From positions 8,376 through 72,375 of the forward strand of contig JAQBGV010000096.1 of NCBI GenBank assembly GCA_032128395.1: a stretch of 64,000 nucleotides of DNA. The letters run 5' to 3'. A program made the position numbers and the translations under genes. Below, piece by piece: positions 19,001 through 29,775 of this stretch (the stretch's first letter is position 1; the number at the start of each line of letters is the position of its first letter). A model generated the notes under the pieces. The model searched no databases and was not told the origin of the DNA. It saw nothing but the letters and a program-made list of their open reading frames with translations. This DNA comes from Planctomycetota bacterium (GTDB lineage Bacteria > Planctomycetota > UBA8108 > UBA1146).

Positions 19001-19236
19001 ATGACGTAGTGGTCGAAACCGTGTCCGAGCTGGCGAACTTGCTGCATCGCTCCGGCGCGAAGCCAGACGACACCGCGCGCAAGGCGACGATCGATCTGGG
19101 CACTCGAGCGCTGGCCGAGGTCGAACGTGTCCTCCGCAACGCGTCCAGCGCGCCCGATACTCTCCCGCGAGCGGCCACGATCGACCTCGAGCGCGTGGAG
19201 GAGACCCGTCGGCGCTTGCTGGGGCCAGGGCAGTAG
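16078..19236 (+). CDS. fused MFS-like / spermidine synthase-family protein with C-terminal helical repeats
   Basis: 1052 aa; N-terminal ~12 TM segments; central aminopropyltransferase/methyltransferase-like core (VIGLGGAVVLE, DVIVSQPSHPWTAGASHLYTQEF); C-terminal TPR-like helical region. Confidence 0.8.
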   Translation: MTRHSSKRRGARFDRVFFLVCLCFVLSGFSALLYQTAWMRRFSIVFGTSELAIATVLAAYMGGLALGAALAARFLHRVRRPVLVYGLLEAGIAVGALLVPAGLNAAQGISRWVLGGQPAVPSAGGLMQPLFYFFCSLIILAVPTTLMGATFPLLTRHAVRTREQIGSRTGLLYALNTAGAVLGTVVCAFVLLPRLGLFATVMVGVVTNLIVCAIAMGVARRPLPSESRESTATEEATAAVARTWRRDSFILPIILVSGAVSFIYEVLWTRLLTHVVGASLYAFATMLATFLVGITVGSAIAARLASERKRSVIGFVVCQLGIAISSLIVFGRLDSVPRLAQQLGAGDLTGAVGNFMVGVVVLLPSTLFIGATFPFALRIFARTEGEAGSASGRVYAWNTCGAILGAWLAGFVIVPNLGYEGTMALTVTLNFGLAIVTAWLLLAATWRVSAGMTIALIALLALLWPSQPTDLLRVTSIPPRRHEPIGDIIYSGVGRSATVLMVEHEGAFYLRTSGLQEAVIMPRGAPPYRFQPNWWMGTLPVLAHPQAKSMLVIGLGGAVVLEGVPPSIETIDVVELEPQVIDANRAIADRRAVDPLEDPRVTIIVNDGRNALALTDRKYDVIVSQPSHPWTAGASHLYTQEFMQQVRDHLADGGVFVQAYVDLSVLEIVGSTLLSVFPDVRLYRPGALLYVASERTLAVERDFARRTNPPPFQFGWLALHSVEDVIANLALDHEGIRLLCQGVAVNTDDHNQLATERPYVDFALNPLAKVELERRLIELDPLLRRLPAQPEGLHWDHVAWRLAMIGFPDRALQVASRIPDSSERRLAEARVLRERGQLEDADGQIEQVLADDPRQPLARALRALWDTSDEATIAENSEGLPPGSALAIQARRAMLRKDWAAIADLDRELAAVEPNDPAYPSALEMRVRWRIALYGGTDLEAARESLGLVDQLAALLPRDGVYRIRIDVGFAAQRYDVVVETVSELANLLHRSGAKPDDTARKATIDLGTRALAEVERVLRNASSAPDTLPRAATIDLERVEETRRRLLGPGQ

Positions 19237-19325
19237 CCTTCACGGTAGATCGGGACCGGCGCCGCTGACCGCGCCTCGTTGCTACTGACCGAAACGAGAA
19301 CCACGCTCCGGGCCCCGCGAGCTCG

Positions 19326-20789
<1,464 letters not shown>

Positions 20790-20815
20790 GTTGCACCCTT
20801 TCGGCCACACGCCGC

Positions 20816-23800
20816 TCAGTGATTGAACAAGAACGCCGGGCTGTTGATCAGGGCCCACGCGACATCCTGGACCCATGTCACGCGCCTGTTCTGCAGCTGC
20901 TCGTCGCTCAGACGCATCGCCCGCTCGAGACGCTTCAACTTCGGATCCTCGGGGAGCGGCTTCTCCACTCGGGCTAGCTTGCCGCGGAGTTGCACGAGCT
21001 TCGGATCGACGGGTCGCATCGCCCTCGCTGCCGTGACCCGCTCCCGCTGCTCCTGAAAACCCGGGTCATGGTCTGCAAAATAGGCGAGCAGCTCTCCCTG
21101 TTGCCCTTCGCTTCGCTGGCTTCTCGGCGTCTCCAGAATCGTCGTGACGTGGACGGGCAAGCCGAAATCGACGGGGGTGTTCGATGCCGTCGTGCAAATC
21201 CGGACCCTCCCGATGGTGTGTTCGGAACCGTAGTTGAAGTGCACCGTGAAAGCGAGATTCACGCCTGCCTCGGTGATCGGCTCCTTCAGCTCGAAGGTCG
21301 CGGTGCGGTCGACTCCAAGCTTCGGGGAGGAAGCCCAGCCAGCGTTGTCGACCTTGCCGTCGATCGCTGCCGCTACATCAAAGCCGTCTTGGCTGAAGTC
21401 GGCTCTCGCATTCTGCAAACCTACCTGCGTCGGAGTCGCGACACTGTCGCTCCTTGCAGCAGGAGTCGCCACGATTTCGAACTCGGTCAGCACGAAGTTG
21501 CCATTCCTTGCGCGGCCCGGCCCGCGCTCCGGCAATCGCGAATCCGCGAGCGCCTCGAGCCGGATCGCGGTCACCCCGGTCAGATCGGTCTTGGCCGTGA
21601 ACTGGTACGCGCTCTTGTCATCCTTGCCCGATGCGAAGACGGAGCCATCCTCCTCGATCGTCAGCGTGGCCCCGTTCGATGCGGTCGGGTTCTCCAGGGC
21701 GAGCAGCTTCCAACTCGTCGCCGCCGACCGGGCTTCCTCCCACTCGAGCAACTTCTCCGGCAGGATCTTGCCGTAGGCCTCTTCTTCGGCCACCGCCCGG
21801 GCGATCGCTCGTCGCTGTTGCTCGTCGAGCTCCGCTTCGCGTGGGGCGATCTCCTCCTCGTAGGCTGCGACCTCGATCTTCGCTCCCTCGATGTCAGCGC
21901 TCCGCAGGTCGGCGCGCCGCTCCGCGACCAGCACCGCCTCTTTCTGATAGGCTTCGAATTCCGATCTCAACGCCAAGTGGTCCTGTTCGAGTTCTTCGAG
22001 GATCCTCAGCAGCGAATCCACCTCCTCTTGTGTCGCGGGTCGATTCAGGATTCGCAGATACAAGTCCTCGATGAGCTTCGAATCGTCCGCCTGACTCTCG
22101 ACCAGCTTCGTGATCGCGTTCCCGGAATCACTGATCGCCTGGTCCACCGTCGGGCCGGTGACCAATGCCATCACACTGCCGAGGCCGAGCTCGTTCGATC
22201 GTTCGCACTCACAAGCGCTCTCCCGCGCGGGTCGGCCGAGCGTCGCCAAGAATCCATCCTGGAGTTCGATGCCGACGTCCGGAAGAGCCGAGGCCCGGAT
22301 CCCTTCCGGCACCCCGGGGATCTTCGACTTCGCCCCGAGCGCCAGATGGATCGAGTCGTACAACACTTCCGCCGGCAGCCGCCTGGGTAACGCATGAGCG
22401 TAATTGATTCGGTCGTCCTGGTTCCATTCGTTCGGCACGATCGAGAGCTGGTACGTGCGAGATCTGCAAATGGTCGCGATCAACCGACGCACGTCGAAGT
22501 CACCGCGTACGAAATCCGCCGTCAGCCAATCGAGCAGCTCTGGATTCGAAGGTGGATTTCCCGCGCGGATGTCATCGAGCGGATCGATCAAGCCGATCCC
22601 CAGCAGATAGCCCCAGACTCGATTGACGTAGCTGCGCGCGAAGTGCCGATTGCCAGGAGAGGTCAGCCACGCCGCCAGTTGCTGACGCTTCGATGGATCC
22701 TCCTGGGACTCGATGGCGGGTCCGGATTCGGAAAGGACTGCGTAGGGGAAGGCCGGCGCCGAGACCTCGCCGGTCCGCTCGTTCCGAACTTCGCCGGTCC
22801 GTGGATCGGAGACGATCTCATAGAGTGGCTTGCTCTCCTCGATCGCGCTGCCCCCGACGCGGTTCTTCCCGCTGCGAGGGTCGGCCTCGAGGTGGACGTC
22901 TGCGAAGAAGGCCGCCAGCTCGTAGTACTGGTCTTGGGTCCAGCGCTCGAAGGGATGGTCGTGACACTTATTGCAATTGAAGCGAGTGGCCAAGAAGAGC
23001 TGCGTGGTGTTTTCCATCGCCTCCGAAGGTGTTCGCAAGATCTTGAAATAGGACGCCGCGGGGTTGTCCTTGGTCGAACCGCTGGCCGTCAAGATTTCGT
23101 AGACCATTTGATCGTACGGCGTGTTCTCCTCGACTTGTTGACGGATCCACCGGCGGAAGCTCTCTGCGCCTTCGCTCCCGAGAAACTTGCCGTTGACCTG
23201 CAATAGGTCCGCCCAGCGATTGCCCCAGTGCACGACGAATCCTTCCGAACCGATCAGTGCATCGATCACTTCATCGCGCTTTGCTCTCGGGTCTCGATCA
23301 TCCGCGACGAACGCGATGACTCTCTCTGGGGTCGGCGGGAGCCCGGTCAGATCCAGAGTGACACGTCGCAAGAACTCGGCGTCGGTCGAGAGTTCGGATG
23401 GCAACATCTTCATGCGCTGCCACTTCGCGGCCACGAGTTCGTCGATCTGGTTGTGTATCGGCTGTGCTTGCCAGCTGAAGCCGGATCGGTCCCCCATCAC
23501 CGTGAGAGTGGTCGCGGAATAGGCCCCCTCGAATCGCGCCATCAGGGGGGCTTCGCCCCGCCTCAGGGTCGTGATCAAACCGGACGCGGAACACGTCGCA
23601 ATCTCCGTGTCTCCGCTCGTGACGAACGCCTCCGCGGTGACATCGCGCGACGAGCCGTCGTTGTAGCTCGCCGTCACTCGCAGTTGCTGCTCTCCGCCGA
23701 TCTCCTCTACGACCGGGTTGATCGGGGTCAACTCGATCCGGGTGACGCGCGGCGCCGCGCGATCCAGCGCACAACCTGCGGCGATCCAGTCTCGCAAGAT

Positions 23801-25876
23801 CTGGTAGTAGCCAGAGCCGAATTTCAATCGCATGCCACCCTCGTGCGGAACGCTGCCGGTCGCTTTCAGCAGCATCAAGCTGTCATCGGCGGCGGCAAAG
23901 TTGACGCGGCGTCCCGCGTGGTCGTCCGCGAACGCTCGCACGTCGAAGATCGGGTCGTAGCCGCGCAGGGACAACTTGAAGCCGTTCTTGCCTTGCTTCG
24001 AACCATGACAAGAACCGCCGTTGCACCCCAGTTTCGAAATGACGGGGCCAACGTCGCGGATGAAACTCGGTTCGAAGTCGGCATTTCGACCGGTGACCGT
24101 CACCGGGAGCTCGACGACCTGCCCGCCGTGGGAAATCTCGAGCCGAGCTTCTCCATCGGCGAGTGGCCGCACCATGCCGGCGGTGACCGCGACGATCTCA
24201 GCTGAGAGCTCGTAGGTGGCTCGTCGGGTCAGATCGACCGAATCACCGGAAGCCAACCAACCGGTCACGATCAGTTGTTGGGAGCCGTACTTCTCCACGA
24301 ACTCGATCGACGGGGGATCGACGGTGATCGCCACGAGATCACCCGCCCGGTCGCTCTGCACCGGGGCCGACATCAACACTCGCTTCAAGGATGCGTTCTC
24401 CGCATCCAGGATTCGGACCAGGCCGTCGGCACCTGCGACCGCGAGTTCCCGCTGATTCGGATGCCAGCAGAGCGAATAGATCGGCGTGTTGAAGGAGGCG
24501 GACGCGATGCGCTCGATGTCCCTTCGACGGAACTCCTCCAGCTTCTGTCGCTCCTCGTCACTCCACGAGGTCGACACCTTCTCGAGGATCTCCTTCATCC
24601 CCTTCGGTAGTGTGCCGTCGAAGTCACTGGCGTAGATGTGGACGTGACCACGGCCATCGAGGCTGCTTCCTGCGGCGATCCGCTTTCCGTCGGCGCGGTA
24701 GCCGAGGTCGAAGATGCGCCCGGGCATGGCGGGGAACGAGCGGAGCAGATTCGAGTTGTCGCCGATCACCCGCTTGACTTCGCGATGCACGCGGTAGATC
24801 TGGGGCGTCCCATCGGCGCCCCCGACCAGAACTTCTTCTTGGCTCGGGTGCCGAGCCACCGCAGCGAGTCCGCCCTTGAGCGCGCCCGGCGTGATCGAGG
24901 TGATGTTGTCGATGAACCGTTGGGTCTTCACTTCGGTCAACTTCGCAGCCATATCGCGGCCGACGGAGATCACGTACGAACCGTCCGTCGAGAAAACTGT
25001 ATCCAGCGTCCAGTCGGACGAGGCACCGCTGAAGAGCACCTGCTCGCCACTCTTGGCGTCGATCGCCCGCAGAGTATTGTCACCACAGCCGAAGGCGATC
25101 CGCTGGCCGTCCGGAGACCAGCAGGCTCCGTAGACCGTATCGAAGGTGACCGGCACGGAGAGCTCGAGATTCCAGCTCCTGGTATCCCAGACCTGTACCT
25201 CCCCCATTCGGGCCGGCAACCCACCGGTCACGGCGAGCTTCGTGCCGTCCGGTGAAAAGCGAATCGACTCGATTCGAGCGGAGAGCCCCACCAGTCGGGC
25301 GACCAAGGTCGATCGCTCGACGTCGTGGATCAGAACTTCGTGATAACCGGAGACGGCGAGCAGGAGCCCATCGGCGGAGTAGTCGAGCGCGGTCACGATC
25401 GGCGGAGAGTCGTACTTCGGCGGATGTGCGAGGTCGTACTGCGGCTGAGCGTTGGCCGGCGTATCGTCGATGGCTCCCGCCGCGATCCACCGACGGACAA
25501 GGTCGATCTCGGCTCGCTTCAGCGGACTTCCCTTGTCCGGCATCTCTGCCTCGCCATCGATCGGCGTGATCAGCTCGACGAGCAGACTGGAATCCGGGGC
25601 GCCCGGCACGATCGCGGGTTCACCACCGTCGCCCCCCGCGAGAAGCCGGGCGAACTGCGTCATCACGAAGCGCCCCTTCGACTTCGCAGGTTGATGGCAG
25701 CCGTGACAGTTCGCCTGGAAGATCGGCCGGATGTCTTGGTAGTAGCTGACCAGGGGGGGCTCGGCGGGCTCCGTAGATTCGTCGCTCGCGGTCACCCGGG
25801 CGGCGGACAACAGTACGAGACAGGAGGGAAGCCACAACGATGCAGCGAGCCACTGCCGAGTCATATCTTCGTCCAT
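20816..25876 (-). CDS. giant PSD1-family protein (PSCyt1/PSCyt2 + DUF1549 + DUF1553) with WD40-like and Big-2 domains
   Basis: 1686 aa; N-terminal signal; CHGCH (PSCyt1) and CNGGSCHG (PSCyt2) motifs; WD40-like repeats; Ig-like BIG2 region; C-terminal DUF1553-like region with coiled coil. Confidence 0.8.
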   Translation of the reverse strand: MDEDMTRQWLAASLWLPSCLVLLSAARVTASDESTEPAEPPLVSYYQDIRPIFQANCHGCHQPAKSKGRFVMTQFARLLAGGDGGEPAIVPGAPDSSLLVELITPIDGEAEMPDKGSPLKRAEIDLVRRWIAAGAIDDTPANAQPQYDLAHPPKYDSPPIVTALDYSADGLLLAVSGYHEVLIHDVERSTLVARLVGLSARIESIRFSPDGTKLAVTGGLPARMGEVQVWDTRSWNLELSVPVTFDTVYGACWSPDGQRIAFGCGDNTLRAIDAKSGEQVLFSGASSDWTLDTVFSTDGSYVISVGRDMAAKLTEVKTQRFIDNITSITPGALKGGLAAVARHPSQEEVLVGGADGTPQIYRVHREVKRVIGDNSNLLRSFPAMPGRIFDLGYRADGKRIAAGSSLDGRGHVHIYASDFDGTLPKGMKEILEKVSTSWSDEERQKLEEFRRRDIERIASASFNTPIYSLCWHPNQRELAVAGADGLVRILDAENASLKRVLMSAPVQSDRAGDLVAITVDPPSIEFVEKYGSQQLIVTGWLASGDSVDLTRRATYELSAEIVAVTAGMVRPLADGEARLEISHGGQVVELPVTVTGRNADFEPSFIRDVGPVISKLGCNGGSCHGSKQGKNGFKLSLRGYDPIFDVRAFADDHAGRRVNFAAADDSLMLLKATGSVPHEGGMRLKFGSGYYQILRDWIAAGCALDRAAPRVTRIELTPINPVVEEIGGEQQLRVTASYNDGSSRDVTAEAFVTSGDTEIATCSASGLITTLRRGEAPLMARFEGAYSATTLTVMGDRSGFSWQAQPIHNQIDELVAAKWQRMKMLPSELSTDAEFLRRVTLDLTGLPPTPERVIAFVADDRDPRAKRDEVIDALIGSEGFVVHWGNRWADLLQVNGKFLGSEGAESFRRWIRQQVEENTPYDQMVYEILTASGSTKDNPAASYFKILRTPSEAMENTTQLFLATRFNCNKCHDHPFERWTQDQYYELAAFFADVHLEADPRSGKNRVGGSAIEESKPLYEIVSDPRTGEVRNERTGEVSAPAFPYAVLSESGPAIESQEDPSKRQQLAAWLTSPGNRHFARSYVNRVWGYLLGIGLIDPLDDIRAGNPPSNPELLDWLTADFVRGDFDVRRLIATICRSRTYQLSIVPNEWNQDDRINYAHALPRRLPAEVLYDSIHLALGAKSKIPGVPEGIRASALPDVGIELQDGFLATLGRPARESACECERSNELGLGSVMALVTGPTVDQAISDSGNAITKLVESQADDSKLIEDLYLRILNRPATQEEVDSLLRILEELEQDHLALRSEFEAYQKEAVLVAERRADLRSADIEGAKIEVAAYEEEIAPREAELDEQQRRAIARAVAEEEAYGKILPEKLLEWEEARSAATSWKLLALENPTASNGATLTIEEDGSVFASGKDDKSAYQFTAKTDLTGVTAIRLEALADSRLPERGPGRARNGNFVLTEFEIVATPAARSDSVATPTQVGLQNARADFSQDGFDVAAAIDGKVDNAGWASSPKLGVDRTATFELKEPITEAGVNLAFTVHFNYGSEHTIGRVRICTTASNTPVDFGLPVHVTTILETPRSQRSEGQQGELLAYFADHDPGFQEQRERVTAARAMRPVDPKLVQLRGKLARVEKPLPEDPKLKRLERAMRLSDEQLQNRRVTWVQDVAWALINSPAFLFNH

Positions 25877-26036
25877 CGGTCAGAGAGTCTTGAGGGATCG
25901 AGCGCGTGCAAGATCGTAGCAGGATCGGCGGTTCTGCGTTAGTACGAGGTCCTGCTGCGCAGGCGACTTCGCCCGGGCTGGGGGGCAGCTCGCGGGGGAA
26001 GCGGCGACACTGAACACTCCGAATCCAGCCCTCTCC

Positions 26037-27974
26037 CTACCCCACCCGCGCCGGACTCCCGTGATCATCCAAGAGCCGCCTGACCGCATCCAGCAACTGC
26101 GGTGGCTGATACGGCTTCTCGAGGAATCCATCGGGTTCGAAGCGCGGCTCCGAATCAGCTCCCGGATCGAGGCGGCGGAACCCCGAGCTGATCAGAACCG
26201 GGACCGGACTCCCATCCCCCCGGATGGTGTCGAGCACTTCGACTCCCGTCTGGCCCGGCATGCTGTGATCGAGGATCACGAGGTCGATCTCGTCCCTGTG
26301 CTCACGGAACAACTTCACCGCCTCCTGGCCATCCTCAGCGACGATCAGTCGGTAGCCGGCGGTTCCGAGGATTCTCTTCAGCACCCCGCGCACCAACTCA
26401 TCGTCCTCGGCGATGAGCAGGGTCTCATCGCCGTGGAGTTGTTCGCCGGGGTCGCGCGAAACCGGCTCCGCCGGCTGCCCCTCGTGACTGAGCGGGAGCT
26501 CGACCGAAAAGGTCGAACCTCCATCGGGCTCGCTCCGGACCTCGACCCGCCCACCGTGTTGACGAACGATCCCGTAGACGGTCGCCAGTCCGAGACCGGT
26601 CCCCTTCCCCTGCTCCTTCGTGGTGAAGAACGGTTCGAAGAGGCGCTCCCGGACCTCCGGCGTCATCCCCACCCCGTCATCTTCGACGATGAGTCGCGCG
26701 ATCGAGCGCTGAGGATCGTTCGCGTCGATGCTGGACTGGACGCGGATTTCGATGTTCCCCCCATCGGGCAGCGCGTCGCGGGCGTTCAGGCAGAGGTTCA
26801 TCAGAACCTGTTCCAGCTGCCCGGGATCGCCACGAACGACCGGAGAGACCCCCGGCCCCACCACGAGCTTCAGGGTCACTCCGTGGGGAACGAGCCGCTG
26901 GATCAGGCGGAGGGTCTCCCCCGCGAGGCGGCCGAGGTCGAACAGCAACGATCGAGGTGGTTGACCCTCCGCGAAGGCGAGCACCTGCCGAGTGAGATCG
27001 GCGGCTCGCTGGCTCGCGCGCTGGATCACCTCGAGGTTCTCGAGGACCGGACTGCCCGCTTCGAGCTGTGCGCGGGCGAAATCGGTGTTCGCTTGGATCA
27101 CCAAGATCATGTTGTTGAAATCGTGGGCGATCCCGCCGGCGAGCTGACCGACCGCCTCCATCTTCTGCGATTGGCGCAGCTGCGCCTCGAGCCGCTTCCG
27201 CTCGGTCACATCGCGGGCGACCGCGTAGATCTCCTTCCTTTCCGGATCACTGGTCGAGCGCCAGGAGATCCAACGAATCTCTCCATCCTTGCGATAGTAG
27301 CGGTTCTCGAAGTCGATCACCGCCTCACCCGCAAACAGCGTCTCGAACGCGCGATCCGTCCCTGGTAGGTCATCGCGATGGATGAACGAGACGATCGGCC
27401 GCGCGAGGAGCTCCTCCCCGCTGAACCCCAGGACCCGGGTGAACGCGGGGTTGCACTGGAGAAAAAACCCCTCGAAGCTTGCGATGCACAGCATGTCGAT
27501 CGAGAGATGGAAAAACCGCTCCTGGACCAGCTTGACCCGCCGTTGCGCCGAGACATCACGAGCGATCATCGAGAACCCGGTCACCACTCCGTCGCGGAGA
27601 ACGGGTCCGACGACCGTCTCCCAGTACGAAGTGAATCCGTTCGGGTCGCGGTAGGCCGTCTCGTACCACCCCGGTTCACGGGTGCGCTCGACCTGCGCGA
27701 AGGTCTCGCGGACGTCCGGTTCGAATTCGGGGGGGATATGGTCGAAGACGCAGGTTCCGATGACGGTCTCGAGGGTGTGCGGGGGGATGGTCCGATTGAT
27801 GTAGCGGAACCGGACCTCCGGATCGAGGAGTGCCACGATGTCGAGGGAATTCTCCGCGACCGAGATCAGAGCGGGGTCGGGGCCATCCTTGGCGAGTCCG
27901 GAGATCCTCGCCTCTAGGAGCGCCATCTCGGCGCGAAGGCGATCGAGGTCGCGATTCGGATGGCGTTCGGCCAT
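26037..27974 (-). CDS. hybrid sensor histidine kinase (PAS-PAS-HisKA-HATPase_c-REC)
   Basis: H-box [13 protein letters not shown] boxes ([16 protein letters not shown]), C-terminal receiver domain with DD...D...K pattern; two PAS-like segments. Confidence 0.8.
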   Translation of the reverse strand: MAERHPNRDLDRLRAEMALLEARISGLAKDGPDPALISVAENSLDIVALLDPEVRFRYINRTIPPHTLETVIGTCVFDHIPPEFEPDVRETFAQVERTREPGWYETAYRDPNGFTSYWETVVGPVLRDGVVTGFSMIARDVSAQRRVKLVQERFFHLSIDMLCIASFEGFFLQCNPAFTRVLGFSGEELLARPIVSFIHRDDLPGTDRAFETLFAGEAVIDFENRYYRKDGEIRWISWRSTSDPERKEIYAVARDVTERKRLEAQLRQSQKMEAVGQLAGGIAHDFNNMILVIQANTDFARAQLEAGSPVLENLEVIQRASQRAADLTRQVLAFAEGQPPRSLLFDLGRLAGETLRLIQRLVPHGVTLKLVVGPGVSPVVRGDPGQLEQVLMNLCLNARDALPDGGNIEIRVQSSIDANDPQRSIARLIVEDDGVGMTPEVRERLFEPFFTTKEQGKGTGLGLATVYGIVRQHGGRVEVRSEPDGGSTFSVELPLSHEGQPAEPVSRDPGEQLHGDETLLIAEDDELVRGVLKRILGTAGYRLIVAEDGQEAVKLFREHRDEIDLVILDHSMPGQTGVEVLDTIRGDGSPVPVLISSGFRRLDPGADSEPRFEPDGFLEKPYQPPQLLDAVRRLLDDHGSPARVG

Positions 27975-28136
27975 CGGAGCCCCTTTGCCCAGCCGGACCC
28001 GCCCAGGCCAGTGTGGCATCGTACCCGGTCACCTGGACCGGCAATAGCGTGGAGTCATCCCCGGAACCGCTCGATCAGCAGGCTCGGGCCTTCTCAGGCT
28101 CGGGCGTTTCCGCCATCCTCTCGGCAAGGAGGTCCG

Positions 28137-29225
28137 ATGAGCGTCGAGTCGTTCGAGATCGATCCCGACATCACTCGGGCATGGACCCCCCCAGCCGACT
28201 TCTATCGAAGTCCCGGTTGGTTCGGGCGCCTCGCCGAGCGCGTCTTCGCACGGGGTTGGTTCTGTCTCGGCCTTTCAGCGGGACTCGAGCGGGAAGGGGC
28301 GGTTCGCCCGATCACCCTCCTCCCCGGTGTCCTCGACGAGGAGCTTCTTCTCACGCGCTCGAGCGATGGGGCGCTCCGCCTGCTGTCGAACGTCTGCACC
28401 CACCGCGGCATGCTCGTCGCCGAGATCGAGGGGCACTGCGAAACTCTGCGCTGTCGCTATCACGGCCGACGATTCTCGCTCGACGGCTCGTTTCTCTCGA
28501 TGCCCTGCTTCGACGAAGTCGAGGGGTTCCCCTCTCCGACCGACGATCTGACCTCCGTCGCGGTCGAAGAGCGCCACGGGATGATCTTCGGTGCGCTCGA
28601 CCCCGAGGTCCCTTTCCAGGAGTGGTACCGACCCGTGGATGAGCGCATCGGCGCGATCGAGTTTCGCTCTCCCGTTCCCGAGCCATCGCGCCACCGCGAC
28701 TACGAGTTCGAGGCGAACTGGGCGCTGTACCTCGACAACTACCTCGAGGGGTTCCATATCCCCTACGTCCACCCCGCTCTCGCCGGAGCGGTGACGCTCG
28801 ACGACTACGAGACGATCCTCCTCCCGGGGGGCTCGGTGCAGGTCGCGAGCGCCCGCAAGGATGACCCGACGGCGGTCGTTCCCCCCCGCGGGTACCCCGA
28901 GTCCGGTCGCCGGATCGCGGGGTGGTTCATCTGGTTGTTCCCGACCACCCTGGTGAACATCTACCCGTGGGGGATCTCGCTCAACATCCTCGAGCCACTC
29001 GCCGCGACTCGAACCCGCGTCCGCTTTCGTTCGCTCGTCGGGGATCCCGAGAAGTTCGGCGGCGGCGCGAGCAGCGATCTCCACCAGGTCGAGCTCGAAG
29101 ATGAAGCCGCGGTGCTCGCGACCCAGCGGGGGCTCGGAGGAGGCCTGTACCGGCGCGGAAGGTATTCCCCCACCCAGGAGGAGGGGATCCATCACTTTCA
29201 CCGACTGCTCGTGGGAAAGATGTAG
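28137..29225 (+). CDS. Rieske [2Fe-2S] non-heme iron oxygenase alpha-subunit-like protein
   Basis: CTHRG-x16-CRYHG Rieske ligands, downstream mononuclear iron His/Asp region; strong AAGGAGG RBS before ATG. Confidence 0.78.
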   Translation: MSVESFEIDPDITRAWTPPADFYRSPGWFGRLAERVFARGWFCLGLSAGLEREGAVRPITLLPGVLDEELLLTRSSDGALRLLSNVCTHRGMLVAEIEGHCETLRCRYHGRRFSLDGSFLSMPCFDEVEGFPSPTDDLTSVAVEERHGMIFGALDPEVPFQEWYRPVDERIGAIEFRSPVPEPSRHRDYEFEANWALYLDNYLEGFHIPYVHPALAGAVTLDDYETILLPGGSVQVASARKDDPTAVVPPRGYPESGRRIAGWFIWLFPTTLVNIYPWGISLNILEPLAATRTRVRFRSLVGDPEKFGGGASSDLHQVELEDEAAVLATQRGLGGGLYRRGRYSPTQEEGIHHFHRLLVGKM

Positions 29226-29336
29226 GGGACCTCACCGGGTGGGGACGGGCACCGTGTCGAGAGCCAGTCCTCTGGACATCGAACACGTCTCGCGGCAGCA
29301 TCCTGGACCAGAACTTCTGTCGGAAGGAGCGAGACC

Positions 29337-29501
29337 ATGTTGAAGCGGATCTTGTTCGTCGTCGCCCTCGGAATGTTTGCAGCGGCCATCCCCGGGTGCG
29401 CCCAATCGCAGAAGGGCGGAGCCGCCGTCGGGTGCGAATGCACCGGCGAGGCGGACTGCTCCTGCGGCGGAAAAGCCGTCGACGAGTGCAAGTGCAAGTA
29501 G
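29337..29501 (+). CDS. small Cys-rich lipoprotein (54 aa) with three CxC motifs, metallothionein-like
   Basis: GGAAGGAG RBS 8 nt upstream of ATG; signal peptide MLKRILFVVALGMFAAAIPG-C; mature part CAQSQKGGAAVGCECTGEADCSCGGKAVDECKCK; terminator-like hairpin downstream. Confidence 0.45.
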   Translation: MLKRILFVVALGMFAAAIPGCAQSQKGGAAVGCECTGEADCSCGGKAVDECKCK

Positions 29502-29535
29502 GACCCGAGCGACTCGTCGTCCAGTAGCCCGTTGA

Positions 29536-29682
29536 AAAGTCATTCCGTCCGAGGGGTCGGAAGCACTCGTCTTCTGCGAGGAGTGTCAGCACGGTTTCGT
29601 CGACGGCAAAGCGGTCACTGACTGCGAGGGCTGTTTCGTCGAAAAGACCGGCGGACCGACCTGCGCGGAGTGCAGCAAGTAG
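29536..29682 (+). other. degenerate paralog of the Cys-rich peptide, no canonical start codon (possible pseudogene or unusual initiation)
   Basis: Open frame EALVFCEECQHGFVDGKAVTDCEGCFVEKTGGPTCAECSK with three CxxC pairs and shared GKAV[DT][ED]C segment; frame opens after TGA at ~29533 with only ATT as a candidate start. Confidence 0.25.
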
Positions 29683-29704
29683 CAGCGACAGGCTTGCGGG
29701 AGTG

Positions 29705-29739
29705 AAAAGGGCGCGCCCCTCTCGGGAGCGCGCCCTTTT
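29705..29739. terminator. bidirectional intrinsic terminator hairpin
   Basis: aaaagggcgcgc-ccctctcggga-gcgcgcccttttc: 12-bp GC stem flanked by A4 and T4. Confidence 0.6.
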
Positions 29740-29775
29740 CGCATCCGAGCGGGGATCGCGCCGGAGATTCCCCGA

